Source of the DNA: a virus
Lineage: Duplodnaviria > Caudoviricetes
Virus record (IMG/VR): IMGVR_UViG_3300044513_000330
Coordinates: 1-29,161 of that record
Reading direction: 5' to 3' (one strand)
DNA: 29,161 nt
The notes under the pieces are model-generated. The model searched no databases, had not been told where the DNA came from, and worked only from the letters and a program-made list of their open reading frames with translations. How positions within the stretch are numbered: position 1 is the stretch's first letter; each line of letters starts with the position of its first letter. This document shows, piece by piece, positions 17,789 through 24,258 of this stretch. Made by a program: the position numbers and the translations under genes.

Positions 17789-17835
17789 ATGAAGGGAGGC
17801 GCTCTTTCTACACAGAGTCTTTTGTACTCCTCCCA

Positions 17836-17908
17836 TGGAGAATAGCGGACTCGAACCGCTGACATCCTGCTTGCAAAGCAGGCGCTCTACCAACTGAGCT
17901 AATTCCCC
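17836..17908 (-). tRNA. trnA: tRNA-Ala (TGC)
   Basis: GGGGAATTAGCTCAGTTGGTAGAGCGCCTGCTTTGCAAGCAGGATGTCAGCGGTTCGAGTCCGCTATTCTCCA; the G3:U70 identity pair is present. Confidence 0.96.
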
Positions 17909-17912
17909 AAGG

Positions 17913-17984
17913 AGCCCCTGACAAGATTTGAACTTGCGACATCGGCTTTACAAAAGCCGCGCTCTACCACTGAGCTACGGGGGC
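17913..17984 (-). tRNA. trnT: tRNA-Thr (TGT)
   Basis: GCCCCCGTAGCTCAGTGGTAGAGCGCGGCTTTTGTAAAGCCGATGTCGCAAGTTCAAATCTTGTCAGGGGCT; one C6:A67 mismatch in the acceptor stem. Confidence 0.93.
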
Positions 17985-18041
17985 GAAGGGGGACCGAAGT
18001 CCCATCCCGACCAGAGCGAGTTTCAAGTCATCTCGGGACTA

Positions 18042-18126
18042 TAGGAGTAGAGAGACTTGAACTCTCACGAGGTTAATCCTCAACAGATTTTAAGTCTGGT
18101 GCGTCTACCGATTCCGCCACACTCCC
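18042..18126 (-). tRNA. trnL: tRNA-Leu (TAA)
   Basis: GGGAGTGTGGCGGAATCGGTAGACGCACCAGACTTAAAATCTGTTGAGGATTAACCTCGTGAGAGTTCAAGTCTCTCTACTCCTA; long variable arm. Confidence 0.95.
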
Positions 18127-18312
18127 ATTGATATGGAGTACACCAATTTGTTTGGTGTTAGCAACTTCCCAAGTAGGGGGGTGAAAAGCACAATACTCAT
18201 TGAATGTGATCTTCATCTCCTTATCGGTTAGACTAGCATTCCTTGCTGCTTTTGGCAAGTTCCACTTTGCACTAAACAACATTTCCATTGATTGACGTGT
18301 TTTAGGTCTCAT
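18073..18312 (-). CDS. Hypothetical protein whose 3' end overlaps tRNA-Leu
   Basis: MRPKTRQSMEMLFSAKWNLPKAARNASLTDKEMKITFNEYC; coupled to the upstream gene. Confidence 0.7.
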   Translation of the reverse strand: MRPKTRQSMEMLFSAKWNLPKAARNASLTDKEMKITFNEYCAFHPPTWEVANTKQIGVLHINGSVAESVDAPDLKSVED

Positions 18313-18532
18313 CAGTTAAACCAACATTATCTAGAAAACTTTTGCGAAACTCTTCTACCTCATTCTGAATCTCTTCAGGAACAGGTGGAATTTCATTGAT
18401 AGGAACCATCATAGCAGATTTTCCGTCAGGGCGGGTAATCTTCCAACAGACTCGTTGAGTTTCTGTTAGATCCAGAATGAAATCAAAGTGATCTTCTGCT
18501 TGACGCAGGGTAATACCAATCGGACCAATCAT
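18302..18532 (-). CDS. Small protein, possibly Phd/YefM antitoxin-like fold
   Basis: ITLRQAEDHFDFILDLTETQRVCWKITRPDGKSAMMVP matches the Phd/YefM beta-alpha-beta-beta pattern. The ATG at 18532 overlaps the upstream TGA. Confidence 0.55.
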   Translation of the reverse strand: MIGPIGITLRQAEDHFDFILDLTETQRVCWKITRPDGKSAMMVPINEIPPVPEEIQNEVEEFRKSFLDNVGLTDET

Positions 18533-18720
18533 TTTACAGCAAAGCAATAAGTAATCATGTCGTTATCGATAATCTCTTGAACTTCAGAGATTGTCTCTGC
18601 AAAACCTTCAGTACCCTCTTCGTCAAACCGCCACTGAACTTCGTTTTCATAACCTTCGTCATCGACGAGAGTCATCTTACGCTTCGAGAAGTTGACAAAA
18701 ATGTGAGAGAGGGAATCCAT
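18529..18720 (-). CDS. Small acidic hypothetical protein, first gene after the early promoter
   Basis: 63-aa ORF starting 23 nt downstream of a sigma70 -10 box. Confidence 0.7.
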   Translation of the reverse strand: MDSLSHIFVNFSKRKMTLVDDEGYENEVQWRFDEEGTEGFAETISEVQEIIDNDMITYCFAVK

Positions 18721-18743
18721 GCGGGTCTCTTGACTACTTATGT

Positions 18744-18772
18744 AGTATAGCAGGATCAGGACCCTCTGTCAA
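18744..18772 (-). promoter_or_regulatory. Sigma70-type (early) promoter
   Basis: TTGACA-N17-TATACT on the minus strand in the intergenic gap after gp5. Confidence 0.88.
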
Positions 18773-18775
18773 GGG

Positions 18776-21319
18776 TCAGTTCAGGAAGATTGTGACCGCA
18801 GTAATCTTACAGACAGCACCTGCCGTGATTGAAACAGCACCACCAGCGTTCAGGGTAGCAGCAGCACCGACGCTAGTATCCCATGCACCAGCGCCAACCT
18901 TACAACTGTATCCACCTGTAGCAACGTTCAGAGCGTATCCTGTCAGGAAGTTACCAACCCACTGACCAGTAGTGTTCTGAATCAGGTAAGTAGGAGCAGG
19001 GTTCGTTAGGGTAGGAGTCATGATGTTCAGAATATCACCACCAACGGTGTTAGTGATACCAGACTTACCAAGTTGTGCAAGAGAAGGAATCAATCCACAG
19101 TTATTGAACAGGTGATTAGTAGTATTAGTGATATCATTCTCACCACTAATATTAACCGAACCAGCACTGATTGAAGTGTTGCTGTGCTTCGTCTCTAATG
19201 AACCACCTTGAATAATCGCTTTCTTGATATCTGTGTCCAGTTCTGCTGCTGAAACTTGCAGTTTTGCGCCATTGATACCTAAGTCAACATCAGAACCAAA
19301 TCTGATCTGATGCTTTTGGATTTTATCCTGTCCTGTTTTTTCACCATTTTTATCAACTGTTCTAGGAGCACCTTCTGCTGATAAGAAAAATCCACCACCG
19401 ACTTCGATGTGACAGTTACCGCTAACTTTCAGGCGATAGTCACCATCAATAGTAATGCAGTTGTCATTCTTGACGACTTTGCAATCATCACCATTAACAA
19501 CCCGAGTCAGGTTACCGCCGTAGTTGATATCATCAGCAACTAGATTACCGTCTTCTTTATTACCTGTTGCAGTTTTCTTTGCTTGCGAGACTTTTCTTTC
19601 AATTTCTTCTTCGGATGCGTTAGGATTCTCTTCCTTTATTTGTTGTCGTGCAGCGTGCTCCTGTTTTTCGGCGTTATTAATATTAATCGACAGTTGAGTC
19701 GTTCCACTAGCCCTTTTAGTAACAGATGCTCTACGACCAGGAGTACCAATATGCAGTTCGTAAGCACCATCCAAGAATGTTTTTGCCTGAGTCAGGAATG
19801 GATCAGCAGTATTATACAGGTCATCAATCAGAGAACCTGTTCCGAAAGGATCACCACACTTAGCATTTGCTTTATTCAGACCTAAAATTTTATTGATTGC
19901 TGCTAGTTCTGCATCTGTACAATGAGTCACACCATACAAAGGGAACCAACCAACAGCATCAGCACCATCAGTCGGTGCTCTTCCACAATCACCCTGAACA
20001 AACTTCAGAATGAGTGCCATGAGACCAGTGATAGTTGTCAAACCCTTAGCAAATCCATCAGCACCGCCAGAGAACATACCACCTGCACTCTTCCATGCTT
20101 CGATGACATCCTTTGCTGCAGAGATACCATCAACGATACCACTAACAACATCAACAACCGTCAGCATCTGATTCAGCAGACCTTGAATATTACAAACGAT
20201 GCCATCAATCAGGGACTGAACACCACCAACAACCATTGCTGCTTGGTCGATCAACCCGTCAACGAAATCATTAATATATCCAGTCAGTGTACCGATAGGA
20301 TCTTGAATCAAAGAAAGAAGTTGATTATCAACCTCACACAAAGCACCAAGGAGAGTTGTAATCGCTTGCTGCACAGCAGTCATCACAACATATGGAGCAC
20401 CAGCAACACCACCCAACAATGTTGCAAGTTCCAACTGTTCTGCAAGGTCTGCAATTTGCTGACGGATAGCAGCAACAACTGCTGTAAAGACAGCACCCAG
20501 GAAGTTCTGAACTTTAGCAGTTAGTGCTTTCACTGATACTATCTTACCTTCGACGACATCCAGGAAGTTTCCACTACCATCTGCTTTGACTAGAGTTCCT
20601 GCATGACCAGCAATGTCTTCTACAAGGTATGTAAGTTTATATTCAAGTGTCTTCCATGGACCTGCAACACCATTAGCAGCAGGGATAGGTTTAGATGGTT
20701 GCTGAGGTTTGTTTGGGTTAGCTTCGCTACCGTTCAGTCTCGACCCAAGACTTGTACCAGGAGCACCAGGTCCGTTTACCTGACTAGTAGTTTTGTTACC
20801 AGGAATAGGAACACTATTATTAGGTGTTTCTCTATTCTTGTTACCGCCTACTTTACCACTATAAGTAGGGTCAGCAGGATTATACATGACAGGATTTACA
20901 AGACCCTGACTACCTGCTTCCATTTTTTCGCCAGTAAAAGCGAACACATTCTCCTTACCAGAGTCTGCAGACTTATTAACACGAAGCACACCGATGACAA
21001 CAGGCATCTGTGCATTCTCACCATCCATGAAGAATCCCATGACAATCGCACCTGGTTGCAACTGACCAGAGGATTCACCTTGTCCGTCGTTACCTGCTTG
21101 AGATGTGTGTTGTAGAACAGTTGCCCAAGGTAACTCTTTAGTGGGGAGATCTGCTGTAGTACCTCCCCTCACATTTGTATAATATCCAAGCACACGTACT
21201 TTACAACGACCCAGTTCCATAGGGTCTTCATTATCTTCTACTTCACCAACCCACCAATAAAATCCATCCTTACCGACAAAGTTTACTGTAGGTTCATTAA
21301 TAATACCGTCAATTGACAT
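18776..21319 (-). CDS. gp5: Baseplate hub subunit / tail needle gp5 (T4-like)
   Basis: N-terminal gp5 OB fold (FYWWVGEVEDNEDPMELGRCKVRVLGYY...LPWA...VMGFFMDGENAQMPVVIG) and C-terminal beta-helix repeats (VNGDDCKVV...IDGDYRLKVSGNCHIEVGG) ending in IFLN. Confidence 0.92.
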   Translation of the reverse strand: MSIDGIINEPTVNFVGKDGFYWWVGEVEDNEDPMELGRCKVRVLGYYTNVRGGTTADLPTKELPWATVLQHTSQAGNDGQGESSGQLQPGAIVMGFFMDGENAQMPVVIGVLRVNKSADSGKENVFAFTGEKMEAGSQGLVNPVMYNPADPTYSGKVGGNKNRETPNNSVPIPGNKTTSQVNGPGAPGTSLGSRLNGSEANPNKPQQPSKPIPAANGVAGPWKTLEYKLTYLVEDIAGHAGTLVKADGSGNFLDVVEGKIVSVKALTAKVQNFLGAVFTAVVAAIRQQIADLAEQLELATLLGGVAGAPYVVMTAVQQAITTLLGALCEVDNQLLSLIQDPIGTLTGYINDFVDGLIDQAAMVVGGVQSLIDGIVCNIQGLLNQMLTVVDVVSGIVDGISAAKDVIEAWKSAGGMFSGGADGFAKGLTTITGLMALILKFVQGDCGRAPTDGADAVGWFPLYGVTHCTDAELAAINKILGLNKANAKCGDPFGTGSLIDDLYNTADPFLTQAKTFLDGAYELHIGTPGRRASVTKRASGTTQLSININNAEKQEHAARQQIKEENPNASEEEIERKVSQAKKTATGNKEDGNLVADDINYGGNLTRVVNGDDCKVVKNDNCITIDGDYRLKVSGNCHIEVGGGFFLSAEGAPRTVDKNGEKTGQDKIQKHQIRFGSDVDLGINGAKLQVSAAELDTDIKKAIIQGGSLETKHSNTSISAGSVNISGENDITNTTNHLFNNCGLIPSLAQLGKSGITNTVGGDILNIMTPTLTNPAPTYLIQNTTGQWVGNFLTGYALNVATGGYSCKVGAGAWDTSVGAAATLNAGGAVSITAGAVCKITAVTIFLN

Positions 21320-21341
21320 GTTGGCACTTGAATCTTACGTT

Positions 21342-22025
21342 TTATTTATCGATATATCCCTCTTCCATCAACCATTTGCGAGTGAGAGGGGTTGGTTCAT
21401 ATACTTTCCACATTTTACCAGCAGCACATGCCTCTAGTGCTTTTTGTGTCATACCTTCAGTACGACCTGCCCAACCTGCTTCTGCTTCCCAAGGTACAGC
21501 AGATTTTGGATAGGTGCGTTCTGCTAGAACACGCCAAACCATAGGCACTTCTTCTTCAGGTTTGATAATAGCAATCAAACTATTCTCAATAGTACCTGCC
21601 ATACAATCTTGTGCAGCGTGCCATCCTTCATGCCTCATGACTTGCATCAATGTAGCAGGACTATTCATATAATCCTTATTGAGATAGAAGTTATTACTTA
21701 CAGTATGATACACCCCACGGTGACCAACTGGGAAGTATCGTTGATCAGCAAGATATACTTTACTACCAATCTGATTGAGTGACGTTAATAGATTGTTGAA
21801 CTCAAGTGCATGTGGTGTAAACTCTTCCCTATTGTCATAGTTAGAAGAGATATCAAGAATGGTGAATACTTCATTAACGTCTTTAGTACAATCACCCACT
21901 AACATACAACCCATGGCATCCATGCTATTGTATCCTTTGGTGATCTTATCTTCACCTGCTTGGACTGACATTCCATGTGCCATACCAAACATTAGTCCTG
22001 CCATAATGACGTTACGCAGTTTCAT
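21342..22025 (-). CDS. Exported protein with HExxH zinc-metallopeptidase-like motif
   Basis: Start reassigned to the ATG at 22025 (GGAG upstream, clear of tRNA-Val). Signal-peptide-like MKLRNVIMAGLMFGMAHGMSVQA, motif VMRHEGWHAAQDC and downstream WEAEA. Confidence 0.75.
   Translation of the reverse strand: MKLRNVIMAGLMFGMAHGMSVQAGEDKITKGYNSMDAMGCMLVGDCTKDVNEVFTILDISSNYDNREEFTPHALEFNNLLTSLNQIGSKVYLADQRYFPVGHRGVYHTVSNNFYLNKDYMNSPATLMQVMRHEGWHAAQDCMAGTIENSLIAIIKPEEEVPMVWRVLAERTYPKSAVPWEAEAGWAGRTEGMTQKALEACAAGKMWKVYEPTPLTRKWLMEEGYIDK
21343..21350 (-). promoter_or_regulatory. T4-type late promoter (GATAAATA)
   Basis: NATAAATA about 24 nt upstream of the gp5 ATG. Confidence 0.65.
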
Positions 22026-22052
22026 TAAAGTCTCCATAGTATAAGTGACTAA

Positions 22053-22124
22053 TGCCCGAAGACGGGATCGAACCGCCGACAATCTCGGTGTAAACGAGGT
22101 GCTCTACCGCTGAGCTATTCGGGC
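22053..22124 (-). tRNA. trnV: tRNA-Val (TAC)
   Basis: GCCCGAATAGCTCAGCGGTAGAGCACCTCGTTTACACCGAGATTGTCGGCGGTTCGATCCCGTCTTCGGGCA folds as a cloverleaf. Confidence 0.94.
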
Positions 22125-22573
22125 TTCCTAGTGAAACGATACAGTTCTGTACTGCCCCACATAAGTTCTTCAGTTTCCAGGTCTCTACCCTGGTCACATG
22201 TGTGTAGTTTGTCTTTATAGACATGTGTTTCACAGATTACACGGTCTCCCCTATAACCTCTGCATTTGTCTCCAGCAAGTTGACCGTGCCAACCATGACC
22301 GTCGAACCTGAATATCATATCACAATCTTCGTGTCTTGTCCAGTCCAGATGATAGTTTTCTACTATTACTTCTGTATCAGACAGTTCAACGATTTTGTGA
22401 TTCTTCTTGCGATATGGCGCATCAGGTCCTTCTGCTCTCTTATAGTTCATTGATTGAAAGCCATCTTCATGACGCTTCCAAACAATCTCTACAGAGACCC
22501 AGTTACATGGATCTGATTGCGCCTGGTGACGGTTTTCCCAATGACCTAAGATGTAGTCTTCAAATTTAGCCAT
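22115..22573 (-). CDS. cpeT: CpeT/CpcT-like phycobiliprotein lyase (phage auxiliary metabolic gene)
   Basis: GHWENRHQAQSDP, PYRKK, CDMIF and DQGRDLETEELMWGS...YRF are T-type lyase motifs in the short phage form. Confidence 0.9.
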   Translation of the reverse strand: MAKFEDYILGHWENRHQAQSDPCNWVSVEIVWKRHEDGFQSMNYKRAEGPDAPYRKKNHKIVELSDTEVIVENYHLDWTRHEDCDMIFRFDGHGWHGQLAGDKCRGYRGDRVICETHVYKDKLHTCDQGRDLETEELMWGSTELYRFTRKPE

Positions 22574-22599
22574 AATATTTTCTCAACCCTCACATGGTT

Positions 22600-22628
22600 A
22601 TTCTAAAGAGATTTTGTCTCCTTGTCAA
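22600..22628 (-). promoter_or_regulatory. Sigma70-type (early) promoter for cpeT and tRNA-Val
   Basis: TTGACA-N17-TAGAAT on the minus strand, 26 nt upstream of the cpeT ATG. Confidence 0.85.
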
Positions 22629-22629
22629 G

Positions 22630-22857
22630 TTAGTCGTCGTATACTTTACACTCAAGTGCTGATGGATTGCTATCACAATACAACTCAAGTGGAGTTGGAT
22701 CGTGATGATCACCTCCTTCAATTTCGGTTTTGTGATGCTCTACATACTCTTCCAGGTCATGCAGTTCGCCTTCAATGTGACGACGCATCTGGGGGGAAAC
22801 GGTTGGGTCTTGAAGGATTTCCTTATCCTTCTCGATATGTTGTTCGATACTTTCCAT
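22630..22857 (-). CDS. cp12: CP12 Calvin-cycle inhibitor (phage auxiliary metabolic gene)
   Basis: MESIEQHIEKD...RRHIEGELHDLEEY...DPTPLELYCDSNPSALECKVYDD with the C-terminal Cys pair; GGAGG before the ATG at 22857. Confidence 0.95.
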   Translation of the reverse strand: MESIEQHIEKDKEILQDPTVSPQMRRHIEGELHDLEEYVEHHKTEIEGGDHHDPTPLELYCDSNPSALECKVYDD

Positions 22858-22878
22858 TGTATCCTCCGAATACATTAT

Positions 22879-22886
22879 TATTTATC
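22879..22886 (-). promoter_or_regulatory. T4-type late promoter (GATAAATA) upstream of cp12
   Basis: NATAAATA about 22 nt upstream of the cp12 ATG. Confidence 0.55.
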
Positions 22887-24258
22887 AGACACTCGAATCC
22901 TTCATCAGGAGGAGCTCTGTAACCAGCTTAGCGCCAGTAGTGGAATGTGTCAAGCTAGCGATCATGTAACGACCACTATATCTTTCGTCAATCTTAGGTT
23001 TCTCACCACTCTTTTGAGTAGTTGGCATGATAATATTAATACCAGACCCAACATACAAATCTAGGTTGCCTGGGATAGTGATCTGCAGTTTTACATTCTT
23101 TAGACTTTCAATCCTCATCCATTGGTATGCCTGAAGTTCTACTAGTTCCTCATAGTTTTTCTGAGGTTGATTCTTATACTTTGGATCAAAGATTTGGTTC
23201 GGTAACATTGTATAGCGAACCCTCTTAGGAAAGTCGATTAGTTGCCTTACAGAGGTATCCATCTTTTCAATAGGATTACCCTGCCCTGTATTCAAATGTG
23301 ACATCTTTGACCAAAGTTCACTAATCTTATAACGGTGTGCATCTACTGACATATCTGTACTTTCACCCATCTTAGAAGATGAAATAGTTGCAGGGTCAAA
23401 TCCAATACTGAATCCAGACCATGCACCATGACGAAGACCCATCAAAAAGTTCTTCTCATTAGGAAATGTAATAGTGCTGATCTTGAACTGGTCAGTAGCT
23501 TGAGTTTGTTCAACACTCTTTGGTGAATATCCATATGTGTATAACCTAGTTTGACCTGAAGTATAGTTAGTCTCCTTTGTTTCAGACATATCTCTAATAT
23601 CTTCAATCATCTTGTCAAGAGATTTGTAATGATATCCGAGAGCATTCTCATAGAATGCAAATCCATTCTGTAATACACCACCAGTCTTTGTTTTCCTGAT
23701 AGACCTCTCAGTCATCCAATAGATTGTATCGAATGGTCTCCAGTTAGGAATAATGAACTCATGCTTGTTTAGAGTCTCTTCAAGATATACGTTCTTTCTA
23801 GTCTGTAAAAATCTTTTATCTGTTAGAATGGTATCAACAACTTGAGATGTTTCTGTTTTATTATTAAAAATTACTCTGCTATTACCAAAAACATTCACAC
23901 ACTCATTTTTGATAAACTCATCTGATACAAGGTTGACAATATAAGTTTCAGAGTCTTGATTGATCTTAGATCTAGATTCAAGACTATATGATCTCATATA
24001 AAAAGTTCTATCAATAATAGATCCAATCAATCTGATTTCAAATAGTTCTGTACCAGTCAAAGTATTGATAAGACCTGCAGTATCCTGTATAATAAGTTTC
24101 GCTTCTAGAGTTGCAGAACCAATGCTTTCAAATATTTCAAATCCTCTAACAAACTCTTTTAGTTCATACTCACCAGCATCGTTCTTCAGTTTCTTACCAT
24201 CTTTGATGATAGAAACTGACATATTAACGTCACCTGGGTTCTGCCTTTCTAATGTCAT
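22885..24258 (-). CDS. Baseplate hub/tail protein (gp27/GpD-like fold probable)
   Basis: FEIFESIGSATLEAKLIIQD, IIPNWRPFDTIYWM, FAFYENALGYHYKSLDKM and ITIPGNLDLYVGSGI...SGRYMIASLTH are typical of myovirus hub proteins. Confidence 0.75.
   Translation of the reverse strand: MTLERQNPGDVNMSVSIIKDGKKLKNDAGEYELKEFVRGFEIFESIGSATLEAKLIIQDTAGLINTLTGTELFEIRLIGSIIDRTFYMRSYSLESRSKINQDSETYIVNLVSDEFIKNECVNVFGNSRVIFNNKTETSQVVDTILTDKRFLQTRKNVYLEETLNKHEFIIPNWRPFDTIYWMTERSIRKTKTGGVLQNGFAFYENALGYHYKSLDKMIEDIRDMSETKETNYTSGQTRLYTYGYSPKSVEQTQATDQFKISTITFPNEKNFLMGLRHGAWSGFSIGFDPATISSSKMGESTDMSVDAHRYKISELWSKMSHLNTGQGNPIEKMDTSVRQLIDFPKRVRYTMLPNQIFDPKYKNQPQKNYEELVELQAYQWMRIESLKNVKLQITIPGNLDLYVGSGINIIMPTTQKSGEKPKIDERYSGRYMIASLTHSTTGAKLVTELLLMKDSSV

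Noticed and set aside
17990-18003. GGGAC-TTCG-GTCCC hairpin as an intrinsic terminator
   Set aside because: No U-tract follows, and it sits inside the tRNA cluster directly before tRNA-Thr.
18005-18040. Possible hammerhead ribozyme (GATGA...GAAA)
   Set aside because: The CUGAnGA core is not intact and there is no room for stem II; kept only as a structured spacer.
22012-22233. 73-aa ORF across tRNA-Val and the 5' extension of the 246-aa ORF to 22082
   Set aside because: Both run through the tRNA gene, and the ATG at 22025 has a Shine-Dalgarno sequence and yields a signal peptide.
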